The translations under genes and the position numbers were made by a program. From positions 93,024-157,023 of the forward strand of contig MFPR01000017.1 in NCBI GenBank assembly GCA_001784175.1: 64,000 bases of DNA, written 5' to 3'. The notes beneath the pieces were generated by a model that worked only from the letters and a program-made list of their open reading frames with translations, searched no databases and was not told the DNA's origin. This document shows positions 35,440 through 45,363 of this stretch, piece by piece (the stretch's first letter is position 1; each line of letters begins with the position of its first letter). The DNA is from Candidatus Lindowbacteria bacterium RIFCSPLOWO2_12_FULL_62_27. Lineage in GTDB: Bacteria; Lindowbacteria; 2-12-FULL-62-27.

Positions 35440-36768
35440 ATGCCCCGGGCCTGCATCCTGACCTACGGATGCCAGATGAATGTCCACGATTCCGAAATCG
35501 TCGCGGGCCAGCTCGCGCGGCTCGGGTATGAGATGACGCCCGACCCGGCGGCGGCCGACGCGATCTTCGTCAACACCTGCACGGTCCGCGAGCACGCGAA
35601 GCTGCGCGGCCTCGCGCGTATCGCGTCTCTTTCGACCTTCAAACGCCGCCGGCCCGGCGTTTTCCTGGCCGCGATGGGATGCGTCGCCTCGGAGGAACGC
35701 GGCCGGCTCTTTGAACGCTTTCCGTTTCTCGATGCCGTCATTCCGACCGACCAGGTGACGGAGGTCGCGCGGTACGTATCGGACGCGGCGGCGGATTTCG
35801 GCGGCCACATTTCCGCCGACACACCGAGGCTGCGGTTCTCCGGGTTCAAGGCCTACGTCACGATCATTACCGGATGCAACATGGATTGCACCTACTGCAT
35901 CGTCCCGAAGACCCGCGGCCGGGAGCGGTCCCGGCCGATGGCGGACGTCCTGCGCGAGGTGGCGGCGCTCGTGGCGCAGGGATACCGCGAGATCGTTTTT
36001 CTCGGCCAGACCGTCAACGCCTACGGCGACGATCTGCCGGACCCGGCGGAAAACTTTACCGCGCTCCTGCGCGAAACGGACCGTCTCTTCCCGAACGGCC
36101 GCGTCCGGTTTCTTTCGCCGCACCCCCAACAAATCACCGACGGCCTCATCTCGGCCTGGCCCGGCCTATCCAGCCTCTGCGGGCACATTCACCTGCCGGT
36201 GCAATCGGGTTCGGACCGGATCCTTCGGCGGATGAAACGCCTCTACACACGGGACGAATTTCTGCGCAAGATCGACGCGCTGCGCCGGAACGTCCCGGAC
36301 ATCGTGATCACGACGGACCTCATTGTGGGATTCCCGGGCGAAACGGAGGAGGATTTTCAGGAGACGCTGTCGCTATGCGAATCCGTGCGGTTTGATTCCG
36401 CATACATGTACATCTACAGCCCCCGGCAAAACACCGCGGCCACGCGCCTGAAGGACCCTGTGCCGTCCCGCGAGGCCGCGCTCGACCGGCACGGCCGGCT
36501 CGTGGAGCTCCAGACGCGGCACACGCATGACTCCTTCGACCGGCAGGTCGGCCGCACGGTCGAGGTCCTGATCGAGTCGGCCGCGAAAGAGGGCGGACTT
36601 TTGGGCAAGTCCCGCGCTACGCACGATGTCGTGATCGACGCGGAACCGGGGCCGGCCGGCGCGGCGCCGGCGCCGCGGATCGGCGATGTTGTGCGGATCG
36701 AGGTCGAGTCGGTGGTGGGAAAAACGCTGCGAGGCCGGGTAGTGGCGGAAGTTGCGGCAGGCGCATGA
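35440..36768 (+). CDS. miaB: tRNA-2-methylthio-N6-dimethylallyladenosine synthase
   Basis: TYGCQMNVHDSE, NTCTVRE, GCNMDCTYCIVP, HLPVQSGS, DLIVGFPGET; TRAM domain. Confidence 0.95.
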   Translation: MPRACILTYGCQMNVHDSEIVAGQLARLGYEMTPDPAAADAIFVNTCTVREHAKLRGLARIASLSTFKRRRPGVFLAAMGCVASEERGRLFERFPFLDAVIPTDQVTEVARYVSDAAADFGGHISADTPRLRFSGFKAYVTIITGCNMDCTYCIVPKTRGRERSRPMADVLREVAALVAQGYREIVFLGQTVNAYGDDLPDPAENFTALLRETDRLFPNGRVRFLSPHPQQITDGLISAWPGLSSLCGHIHLPVQSGSDRILRRMKRLYTRDEFLRKIDALRRNVPDIVITTDLIVGFPGETEEDFQETLSLCESVRFDSAYMYIYSPRQNTAATRLKDPVPSREAALDRHGRLVELQTRHTHDSFDRQVGRTVEVLIESAAKEGGLLGKSRATHDVVIDAEPGPAGAAPAPRIGDVVRIEVESVVGKTLRGRVVAEVAAGA

Positions 36769-37055
36769 AACGGATCGCGTTTCTCGTCGCGCTTCTCATC
36801 CTGCTCTTTCTCGGCCTCGTGATCGCCAACCTCCTGTCGCCGGCGCGGATCGCAATCTTGAACGTCGAGCTCAAGCAGGACGTCTTCTACATGTTCCTCT
36901 TCGGTGTCGGCGCGGTCGGCCTCCTCGCCATCTATGACGTCTTTGCCGCGTTCGGTTCCTTCCGCCGCCAGCGTGAGCAGCAGAAGACGATCGAGCGGCT
37001 TGAAACGGAACTCCTGGAGTCCAAGCACAAACCGCCGCCTCCGGCGACGTACTGA
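36765..37055 (+). CDS. Small two-TM protein with coiled coil (LapA-like)
   Basis: Two hydrophobic helices then RRQREQQKTIERLE; ATGA overlap with miaB. Confidence 0.6.
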   Translation: MKRIAFLVALLILLFLGLVIANLLSPARIAILNVELKQDVFYMFLFGVGAVGLLAIYDVFAAFGSFRRQREQQKTIERLETELLESKHKPPPPATY

Positions 37056-37057
37056 TC

Positions 37058-37846
37058 GTGCATCGGTTGCGAATTGTTCATTGCTGCATTGTTTCATTGT
37101 TCATTTATCAGTTCTTGTTTTCTGCGTTGCCGGCCGCCGCCGACTACGACCGCGCCCTCGAATCGTACTTGAAGGAGGATTACATCCAGGCCGCGCTGCG
37201 GTTTGACCGGTACGTCCGACAATCGCCCGGCGATCCCAAGGTCGCACTCGGACTCTATTACGCGGCGATCTGCCGCCTCCGGCTCGAGCAGCCCAAACCT
37301 GCGCTTGAGCGTCTCGAGTCCCTCCTCGCGGTCCTCCCCGAAGGCGCGCCGGACTCGACGGCGGACGCGCCGTCCGCCGCCATGGTCCGGCTGGCGATCG
37401 GCTCGGCCCACGCGATGCTCGGCAACGACACCACGGCACTCGCCTATTTCGAATCCTCATGGCTTAGTGCCGCCAACGTGTTCGAACGCGAGGCCGCCAA
37501 GGAAAAAATCCGGGAACGGCGCGAACCGCGCTTGGCGACGCCCAAAGTGTCTCCGGCCGAATCGTTGCGCCCGCTCGCAGGTGTGGTCACACCTCCGGCC
37601 CGGCGCCCCTCCCGCGGCGCGTTCGTCGTCCAGGTCGCGTCGACGCCGGACCGCCCCCAGGCCGACTCGATCCGCGACCTCGTCGCGCGCGACGGCTGGC
37701 CGGCCTACATCGAATCGGCGTCTCTCCGGGGCCAGACCTACCACCGGGTCCGCGTCGGTCCCTTCGCGGACGAATCCGACGCCCTCGACGCCAAGGGCCG
37801 CCTGCAGACGCAGTACGGGCTCGAAGCGTGGGTCACGCGGAAATAA
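37058..37846 (+). CDS. TPR + SPOR domain periplasmic protein
   Basis: TPR (YDRAL...LYYAAIC); SPOR motifs FVVQVAS and YHRVRVGPF. Confidence 0.85.
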   Translation: MHRLRIVHCCIVSLFIYQFLFSALPAAADYDRALESYLKEDYIQAALRFDRYVRQSPGDPKVALGLYYAAICRLRLEQPKPALERLESLLAVLPEGAPDSTADAPSAAMVRLAIGSAHAMLGNDTTALAYFESSWLSAANVFEREAAKEKIRERREPRLATPKVSPAESLRPLAGVVTPPARRPSRGAFVVQVASTPDRPQADSIRDLVARDGWPAYIESASLRGQTYHRVRVGPFADESDALDAKGRLQTQYGLEAWVTRK

Positions 37847-37924
37847 TCTGAAGGGACACTGTCAGATCCAGCCGATCAAATCCTGTTGACATCTCACCGG
37901 CCGTAGCCTACCCTTGCCCCCGTC

Positions 37925-40510
37925 ATGGAGACTACGGGGGAAATACGGCTTCATAAATTAACGCCCCTCATCCGCCAGTACCAGTCGATCAAACGCGGCG
38001 TGGGCGACGCCATCCTCTTTTTCCGGCTCGGCGATTTCTACGAGATGTTTAACGAGGACGCCGTCGCCGCTTCCCAACTCCTCGGACTTTATCTCACCAA
38101 AAAAAGCGCCGGGGCCGGAAACTCCGTGCCCCTCGCCGGCGTGCCCGTCCATTCGGCCGATTCCTACATCGCGCGGCTCGTCAAGGCCGGCCGCAAAGTC
38201 GCCATCTGCGAACAGGTCGACGCCGGCCGGGGCAAGGGACTCATGGACCGCGCTGTCATCCGGATCGTCACGCCCGGAACGCTCGTCGAGGAAAATCTCC
38301 TCGCGCCCAACCTCGACAACCGGCTTGCCGCCCTCGCATGGGCCGATGACCGCGTTGGGCTGGCGTGTGTCGACGTGTCCACCGGCGATTTCGAAGTCGG
38401 CGAGTGGCGCGCCGATTCCGACGCGCTGAAAAACGCCTTCGAGGCCCTCAGTCTCCGCGAACTCGTCCTGCCCGACGCCCCCGCGCCCGCCGGCGTCGAG
38501 GCGCTCGCGAACGCGGGCGTTCCGGCATGCCGCCGCCGCGCGGCCGGCCCCGACGAAGTCATCGAGACCCTGAACGCGCGGTTCGGGGCGGGCGTGGTAG
38601 AAGCCTCGGGCCTGCGGCGGCAGCCCGCGGCGATCCTCGCGGTTGGACTTGTTCTGCGTTATCTTGCGGAAACCAAAAGCGACCATCTCCCGTTGCGGTT
38701 TCCGAGAACTCTCTCGCGCGCTGGCGTCATGGACCTGGACGCGGCGACCGTTCGGAACCTCGAAATTCTCGCCGGTCTTTCCGGCGACGCGCAGGCGGGC
38801 CTCTGGCCGGTCATCGACCGCACCCGCACCGCGATGGGATCGCGGCTTCTCCGCCGCTGGCTCCTGGCGCCGCTCCGCGCGCCCGCCGGCATCCTCGCGC
38901 GGCAGGAGGTCGTGTCGGCGCTCGTCGATCAGCCCGACATTCTGGATCGCCTTCGCGAGGCGCTCGCCGGCATCGGCGACATGGAACGGATTCTCGCGCG
39001 GCTCGCCCGCCCGGCCACCGCTCGTGTCACGGACCTCCTCATGCTTCGAAGTTCCCTCGAATCCGCTCCATTAGCTGTGACGGAGCTGGGCCGTCTGCCG
39101 GAAACCGCTCAACAGATCCTGAGCCTCGACGATTTCCCCGACCCATCGCCCATCCGGCGCATCCTTGCGGACCGGCTGGCCGAAGCGCCCGGCGCGGTGC
39201 TGGGAGAGGGCAAGGTCATCAAGGCCGGCGTGCATCCGGAACTGGACGAGCTGCGCGACATCGTCGAAAACCAGAGACTGCACCTCCTCAAATTCCAGGA
39301 CACCGAACGCACCCGTTCCAACATTGCGTCCCTCAAGGTCAGCTACAACCGGATTTACGGCTATTACATCGAAATCTCCAAGTCGAACCTCGACTCGGTC
39401 CCGGCCGACTACATCCGAAAACAAACGCTCGTCAATGCCGAACGCTTCGTCACGCCCGACCTCAAGCGCTTCGAGGAAAAACTCCTCGCCGCCTCCGATC
39501 GCATCTCCCACATCGAACGCGAACTCTTCTCACAGCTCCTCTCCGACATCCTCCTGCAGGCCGAGCCGGTCCGAAAGGCGGCCGAGCTTCTGGCCCGCGC
39601 CGATGCGCTGGCGGCCCTCGCCGAAACCGCGCGCCGCGAGCGCTTCGTCCGGCCGCAACTCACGGAAGACGACGTGCTCGAGATTCACGAAGGCCGTCAT
39701 CCGGTCGTCGAACGGTTCTGTCCGGACGGATTCGTCCCCAACGACACGCTCCTCACGCCTGACCGACGGCTCGCCATCGTCACCGGCCCCAACATGGCCG
39801 GCAAATCCACCTTTATCCGCCAGACCGCCGTCCTCACGCTCCTCGCGCAGATCGGCTCCTTCGTCCCCGCCAAAGCCATGCGATGGCGGCCCGTCGACCG
39901 CATCTTCACCCGCATCGGCGCTTCGGACGACCTCTCCCGCGGCCAGAGCACCTTCTTCGTTGAAATGTCCGAAACCGCCGCCATCCTCCGCCAGGCCACC
40001 CGCGACTCCCTCATCCTTCTCGACGAAATCGGGCGCGGCACCAGCACCTACGACGGCCTCTCCATCGCATGGGCCGTCGCCGAACACATCGCGACCTCGC
40101 TCCAGGCCAAGACCCTCTTCGCGACGCACTACCACGAACTCGCCGACATCGCCGGACAACAGGGCGTCCACACGCTTACGGTTCTCGTCCGCGAATGGGA
40201 GGGCCGCGTGGTTTTCCTGCGCAAGGTAACCGACGGCGCCTCCGACCGCAGTTTCGGGATTGCCGTCGCGGACCTCGCGGGCCTGCCGCGGTCCGTCCTC
40301 GAGCGCGCGCGCGCGCTTCTCACGCAACTGGAGTCCGCCTCGCAGACCCGCCGGCCGGCCGCGCCGGGCCAGGAGGATCTGTTCACCGCCCCGGCCGCGC
40401 CCGACCCGCATTCCGAATGGAAATCGCGGATCCGACAAATGCCGCTCGACCGCATGACCCCGATCGAAGTTGTGTCCGAGATCGCCCGGTGGCAGAAGGA
40501 AATCCAGTGA
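37925..40510 (+). CDS. mutS: DNA mismatch repair protein MutS
   Basis: FFRLGDFYEMF, TGPNMAGKST, STFFVEM, DEIGRGTST, FATHYHEL. Confidence 0.97.
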   Translation: METTGEIRLHKLTPLIRQYQSIKRGVGDAILFFRLGDFYEMFNEDAVAASQLLGLYLTKKSAGAGNSVPLAGVPVHSADSYIARLVKAGRKVAICEQVDAGRGKGLMDRAVIRIVTPGTLVEENLLAPNLDNRLAALAWADDRVGLACVDVSTGDFEVGEWRADSDALKNAFEALSLRELVLPDAPAPAGVEALANAGVPACRRRAAGPDEVIETLNARFGAGVVEASGLRRQPAAILAVGLVLRYLAETKSDHLPLRFPRTLSRAGVMDLDAATVRNLEILAGLSGDAQAGLWPVIDRTRTAMGSRLLRRWLLAPLRAPAGILARQEVVSALVDQPDILDRLREALAGIGDMERILARLARPATARVTDLLMLRSSLESAPLAVTELGRLPETAQQILSLDDFPDPSPIRRILADRLAEAPGAVLGEGKVIKAGVHPELDELRDIVENQRLHLLKFQDTERTRSNIASLKVSYNRIYGYYIEISKSNLDSVPADYIRKQTLVNAERFVTPDLKRFEEKLLAASDRISHIERELFSQLLSDILLQAEPVRKAAELLARADALAALAETARRERFVRPQLTEDDVLEIHEGRHPVVERFCPDGFVPNDTLLTPDRRLAIVTGPNMAGKSTFIRQTAVLTLLAQIGSFVPAKAMRWRPVDRIFTRIGASDDLSRGQSTFFVEMSETAAILRQATRDSLILLDEIGRGTSTYDGLSIAWAVAEHIATSLQAKTLFATHYHELADIAGQQGVHTLTVLVREWEGRVVFLRKVTDGASDRSFGIAVADLAGLPRSVLERARALLTQLESASQTRRPAAPGQEDLFTAPAAPDPHSEWKSRIRQMPLDRMTPIEVVSEIARWQKEIQ

Positions 40511-42267
40511 GTACACGGCCCGGCATCGCGGTCCTTCCGCCCGAGGTTGTCAACCAGATCGCCGCGGGCGAAGTCGTCACCCGGCCGGCGGCGGTCGTCC
40601 GGGAACTGATGGACAACGCCATCGACGCCGGCGCGGACGAGATCGCGGTCGAAATCGAAAAGGGCGGAAAGAAAAAGATCGCCGTCCGCGACAACGGCTG
40701 CGGCATGGACGCCGCCTCGCTCAAGCTTGCCGTCCTCCCCCACGCCACCAGCAAAATCCGATCGGTCGACGACCTCCAGACGATTCGGTCCCTCGGATTT
40801 CGCGGCGAGGCCCTTTCGAGCATCCACGCCGTCAGCCGTCTCGAAATTCTCTCGAGTGTTTCGCCCGACTGCGGCGGATCGAGACTCCTGTCGGACGGCA
40901 AATCCGTCCGCGTCTCGCCGGCGGCCGCCCCGACCGGCACCGCGGTCAGCGTTCGGGATCTCTTCTGGAACGTCCCGGCCCGCCGGAAATTCCTGCGCTC
41001 GGATGCCTCGGAAACCCGCGCCGTCGGCGAAACCGTGATCGAAAAGGCGCTCGCCTTTCCCGACAGGTCCTTTCGCTACGTCCGCGACGGCCAGGAGGTG
41101 TTCGTGCTGCCGGTCCGCGACACGCTCAGGGGCCGCCTCTCCGCGCTCTTCGGGCGCGATCTCAGTGACGCCTGCATTCCGTTCGACCGCTCGACCACCT
41201 CCAGCCGCGCGTTCGGGCTGGCGTCGGATCCGAGCATCGTGAAATCCACGCGTGGATCGATCTATCTCTTCGTCAACGGCCGCCGCGTTCAGGAACCGGC
41301 GCTTCAGCATGCGGTCCTCACCGTCTATCGAGAAATTCTCGACGAGGGTTTCCCGGCGGTCTTTCTGTTTCTTGAAATCGATCCCCATCTCGTCGACGTC
41401 AACGTCCATCCCGCCAAGTCCGAAGTCCGGTTCGCCGACGCATCCATCGTCTGCCGGTTCGTGGCCGGCGCCGTGTCGGACGCGGTCCACCGGTTTTCTC
41501 AGAAAGCGCCGGTGGCGGCGGTCCGGGAGGAATCTCTCCAGGCGGCGCCGCCCAACTCCGACCTCGGCGTCGCCGACCGGACAGAGATCGATCCCGCACA
41601 AGCGCTTTCCGACCCTCTCCCGCCCGAGCCCCTCTTCCAGACCGCCCAGCAGGGACGCTTTCGGATCCTCGGCCAGATTTATCGGACTTTTTTGCTCGTT
41701 GAAGAAATACCGGCCGCTTCAGGCGGCCCTTCGGAGGAACCCGAACTCTGGGTCGTCGATCAGCACGTCGCCTCCGAACGCGTGATCCTCTCGCGCATGA
41801 CCGAACGAATCGAACAGCGCGGCCCCCTCTCCCAGTCGCTCCTCGTGCCGATCGTGCTGGAACTCGGCCTCAAGGACTCGATCCTCTTCGAGCGCGTGGC
41901 CGCGTCCCTGCGGCGCATGGGATTTGAGACGGAACCGTTCGGCCCCCGCGGCGTCTGGATCGTCCGCGCCGTCCCGGTCATCCTGGGCCGGAGGGTCGCC
42001 GACCGGAAAATATTTCTGAAATTCGTCGAGGAACTCTCCTCCTTCGATTCCACCCGCCGCTCGGAGGAGGAACTCTTCCATGACGTCCTCGCGCATTTCG
42101 CCTGCCGGTCCGCCGTCAAGGCCGGCGATGCGCTGATGCCCGAGGAGCAGGCGCAGCTTTTGACGGACCTTCTGTCCGCCGAGCATTTCCGCATCTGCCC
42201 CCACGGCCGGCCTTCCATGATCAAAATCGCGCGGGACGAACTCGAAAAAAGATTCCTGAGAAAATAA
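40507..42267 (+). CDS. mutL: DNA mismatch repair endonuclease MutL
   Basis: NQIAAGEVV, GFRGEAL, DVNVHPAK; endonuclease motifs DQHVASER, ACR and CPHGRP; GTGA overlap with mutS. Confidence 0.96.
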   Translation: MSTRPGIAVLPPEVVNQIAAGEVVTRPAAVVRELMDNAIDAGADEIAVEIEKGGKKKIAVRDNGCGMDAASLKLAVLPHATSKIRSVDDLQTIRSLGFRGEALSSIHAVSRLEILSSVSPDCGGSRLLSDGKSVRVSPAAAPTGTAVSVRDLFWNVPARRKFLRSDASETRAVGETVIEKALAFPDRSFRYVRDGQEVFVLPVRDTLRGRLSALFGRDLSDACIPFDRSTTSSRAFGLASDPSIVKSTRGSIYLFVNGRRVQEPALQHAVLTVYREILDEGFPAVFLFLEIDPHLVDVNVHPAKSEVRFADASIVCRFVAGAVSDAVHRFSQKAPVAAVREESLQAAPPNSDLGVADRTEIDPAQALSDPLPPEPLFQTAQQGRFRILGQIYRTFLLVEEIPAASGGPSEEPELWVVDQHVASERVILSRMTERIEQRGPLSQSLLVPIVLELGLKDSILFERVAASLRRMGFETEPFGPRGVWIVRAVPVILGRRVADRKIFLKFVEELSSFDSTRRSEEELFHDVLAHFACRSAVKAGDALMPEEQAQLLTDLLSAEHFRICPHGRPSMIKIARDELEKRFLRK

Positions 42268-43208
42268 CCGCCCGCACCGGGATCGTCCTCACCGGGCCCA
42301 CCGGCGCCGGCAAAACCGATCGGTCGATCCGCCTCGCCGACCGCCTGCTCGCGCTTGGCCGGACCTGCGAGATCGTTTCGGCCGACGCCGTCAGCATCTA
42401 CCGCGAACTCGAAATCGGCACGGCGAAACCGCCGCCAGATGTCCGCGCGCGCATCCGCCATCACCTGATCGACATCCGGTCCATCGCGCAAACCGCCGAG
42501 CCCGGCCCGGCCTACAGCGCGGGCGAGTTCGCCCGGGATTTCGCCGCGCTTTTGCCCGCGCTGTCCGACCCGCCCCTGGTCGTGGGTGGCACCGGCTTCT
42601 ACATCGACGCCATCGTCCGGGGCTTGGCCGACCTTCCGGCCGCGCATCCCGAGATTCGCGACCGGCTGGCGGCGGAAGAAAGAGCGGCGCCGGGTGCGCT
42701 CCATCGACGTCTTGAACGCTTGGACGCCACAGCGGCGCAGCGCATCGGTCCGGCCAACATCCAGCGACTTATCCGCGCGGTCGAGGTTCGCGAACTGACG
42801 GGCGGACCCTTTTCGGCGGCCGCGCGCACACCCACGAGTTTTCGGCCGATCATCCTGGTGATCGCGCCCGACCGCACGGACCTCCACCGGCGGATCGACG
42901 AGCGCTGCCGGTGGATGTTTGACCACGGCCTTCCGGAGGAGGTCGAGTCCCTGCTGAAACGCTTTCCGCCGAATCTGCCGGCCTTCTCGATCATCGGCTA
43001 CACCGAAGCCTTCCGGCTCGTGCGCGGCCTCTGTTCCCGCGTGGAGGCCGTCGCCCAAACCGCCGCCCGCACGCGGCAGCTCGCCAAACGCCAGTTGACC
43101 TGGTGGCGTCATTTCAGGTATGAACAGGTGAGGTTCGTGCCGGCGGGGGTTTCGCCGGACGGCATTCTGGCCGTATGGAAGGAGAGTGACGCTTGCGGGG
43201 ATTCCTGA
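42264..43208 (+). CDS. miaA: tRNA dimethylallyltransferase (non-canonical start inferred)
   Basis: GPTGAGKT, SADAVSIYR.LEIGTAKP, VGGTGFY, IGY and LAKRQLTW, all in one frame beginning at ATA 42264. Confidence 0.9.
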   Translation: MTARTGIVLTGPTGAGKTDRSIRLADRLLALGRTCEIVSADAVSIYRELEIGTAKPPPDVRARIRHHLIDIRSIAQTAEPGPAYSAGEFARDFAALLPALSDPPLVVGGTGFYIDAIVRGLADLPAAHPEIRDRLAAEERAAPGALHRRLERLDATAAQRIGPANIQRLIRAVEVRELTGGPFSAAARTPTSFRPIILVIAPDRTDLHRRIDERCRWMFDHGLPEEVESLLKRFPPNLPAFSIIGYTEAFRLVRGLCSRVEAVAQTAARTRQLAKRQLTWWRHFRYEQVRFVPAGVSPDGILAVWKESDACGDS

Positions 43209-43759
43209 TTCTGTTGACCCTGATCAGCATATTCTGTGTCGTGGTCTATGATTCGGTCGTCGCCGTTCCCGACGGATATGTCGGTGTGACCACCTGCCGG
43301 CTGCGGCGTTTCGGACCCATCGCCACGGCCCCGCGGACGCTGGACCCGGGCCTCCATCTTTCGCTTCCGCTCCTGACTCGGCTCAGTCTCTACAACACGC
43401 GCATCCAGATGCTCGTCCTCCAGGTGCCGGTCGGGGAAGGAAAGATCGTGCAGATGACCGGACAGGTCCGGATCGAGCCGGACTCGGCGGTGATTCTCCA
43501 CCAAAAGCGCGGCCCCAACTACCTTGCGGAGGTCCGGCCGTGGCTCACGGAGATTTTCAAGGGGAAAATCTCCGAAGCCCACGGGCGTCTCGGATCTCCG
43601 GAAATCCGGCAGGACATCCTCGACACGGTCGAACAGGCCCTCGCCGCCGACGGCATCGCCTTTGACCGGCCGCCCTTCCTGACCCTTCTTGAGCATCTCT
43701 CTCTCAACCTCGACCCGCCAACCGAAGAGGAGTCGGATACCGACGAAGACGCGGATTGA
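43193..43759 (+). CDS. Short divergent SPFH/prohibitin-like membrane protein
   Basis: N-terminal TM, then VPDGYVGV...FG...LDPGLHL.LP...YNTRIQ. Confidence 0.6.
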   Translation: MRGFLILLTLISIFCVVVYDSVVAVPDGYVGVTTCRLRRFGPIATAPRTLDPGLHLSLPLLTRLSLYNTRIQMLVLQVPVGEGKIVQMTGQVRIEPDSAVILHQKRGPNYLAEVRPWLTEIFKGKISEAHGRLGSPEIRQDILDTVEQALAADGIAFDRPPFLTLLEHLSLNLDPPTEEESDTDEDAD

Positions 43760-44876
43760 GGCCCTGCGGAACAGCCGGCAGGCGCCCAAGACTCTCATCG
43801 TCGCCTTGGCCCTGCGCGGAAAACCCGTCGACGCCGAACTCGTGGAGCTCACGGAACTCGCCCGGACCGCCGGCGCCGCCGTCGCGGATACGGTGGTGCA
43901 GAAGGCCGACCGGATCGACCCCGCGGTCTGGATCGGCCGCGGCAAATCGGAGGCGGTGGCCGAACGCGTCCGCTCGGAGCAATTTCAGCTCATCATCTTT
44001 AACGGCCTTCTGTCGCCCACCCAGCTCCGCAACCTCCAGGACATGGTCGGCAGTGATGTCAAGATTCTCGACCGCCCCGGACTTATCCTCGACATCTTCG
44101 CCATGCATGCCCGCAGCCGTGACGCAAAATTGCGGGTGGAACTCGCGCAGCTCCAGTATCTCCTCCCGCGGCTGGCCGGCCTTTGGCGCCATCTCGAACG
44201 GCAGCAGGGCGGCATCGGCACGCGGGGCCCGGGCGAAACCCAGATCGAGGTCGACCGCCGCATGGCGCGAAAACGCATCGGCGCCCTGCAGGAACAGATC
44301 GGCCGACTCGGCCGCGCCCGGTCCGTGCAGCGGTCCGGCCGGGAGTCCCTCCCGCGCGTTGCGCTCGTCGGGTACACCAACGCCGGCAAATCCACGCTTC
44401 TCAACGCGCTCACGCACGCCGACGTCTTCGCCGACGATCATCTCTTCTCGACGCTCGACACCAAAACCGCCGCCCTCGTCTTCCCCTCGGCGGACGGCCT
44501 CCAGGGTCCGCCCCCCCGGGTCCTGGTCAGCGATACGGTCGGATTCATCCGCAGCCTCCCGGACCATCTCTTTGACGCCTTTCTTTCGACGCTCGACGAA
44601 GTCCGCGAAGCGGATCTCCTCCTGCACGTGATCGACGCCTCGAACGCGGAATTTCGGACGCAGGCCGCGACCGTGTCCGATGTCCTCTCCAAGATTTCCG
44701 TCGACCGGCCGGTCCTCACCGTGTTCAACAAGGCCGACCGGCTGGATGCCCGGCCCGACCATCTGCTCCGCGAATATCCGGACTCTTTGTTCATCTCCGC
44801 CAGAACCGGACTGGGCCTCGCGGGACTTAGGGAGACCGTCCGGCAGAAAACCGTTGCGCCGGCGGCGGCCCGGTGA
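43689..44876 (+). CDS. hflX: GTPase HflX (start uncertain)
   Basis: RGPGETQIEVDRR, GYTNAGKST, LFSTLD, DTVGFI, NKAD. Confidence 0.95.
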   Translation: MSISLSTSTRQPKRSRIPTKTRIEALRNSRQAPKTLIVALALRGKPVDAELVELTELARTAGAAVADTVVQKADRIDPAVWIGRGKSEAVAERVRSEQFQLIIFNGLLSPTQLRNLQDMVGSDVKILDRPGLILDIFAMHARSRDAKLRVELAQLQYLLPRLAGLWRHLERQQGGIGTRGPGETQIEVDRRMARKRIGALQEQIGRLGRARSVQRSGRESLPRVALVGYTNAGKSTLLNALTHADVFADDHLFSTLDTKTAALVFPSADGLQGPPPRVLVSDTVGFIRSLPDHLFDAFLSTLDEVREADLLLHVIDASNAEFRTQAATVSDVLSKISVDRPVLTVFNKADRLDARPDHLLREYPDSLFISARTGLGLAGLRETVRQKTVAPAAAR

Positions 44877-44884
44877 GAAAAAAA

Positions 44885-45349
44885 ATGGCGTCGCCGAAAA
44901 AATCACCGGCGGCGACGGGAGGCGGGATCGCAAAAGACATCCGCGACTTCATGCACCGGCACCGGCTGGACGAGCTCGTGATTGAAAAGGATCGGGAAAA
45001 AATCGAAGTCCGGCTCGGGCCGGCCGTTCCGCTTGCGCCGGCGCACCCGGCCGCCGAATCGCGCGCGCCGGCGCCGGCCGCGCTCGCCCCGACCCCTGCG
45101 CCTTCCACCAACCTCCAGATCCGCGCGCCCATGGCCGGAACCTTCTATCGCTCCTCGTCGCCGAACGCCGACCCCTACGTCAAGGAGGGCGACGCGGTCA
45201 CGCCGGCGACCACCGTCTGTGTGATCGAGGCGATGAAGGTCATGAACGAAATCAAGGCGGATGTCGCCGGCAAGGTCGTCAAAATTTGCGTCGAAAACGC
45301 CGCTCAGATCGAGTCCGGCGCCCTGCTCTTCGAACTTTCTCCGGCCTGA
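44885..45349 (+). CDS. accB: Biotin carboxyl carrier protein
   Basis: APMAGTFY and IEAMKVMNEI biotinylation motif. Confidence 0.95.
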   Translation: MASPKKSPAATGGGIAKDIRDFMHRHRLDELVIEKDREKIEVRLGPAVPLAPAHPAAESRAPAPAALAPTPAPSTNLQIRAPMAGTFYRSSSPNADPYVKEGDAVTPATTVCVIEAMKVMNEIKADVAGKVVKICVENAAQIESGALLFELSPA

Positions 45350-45363
45350 CGCGACCAAATCCG

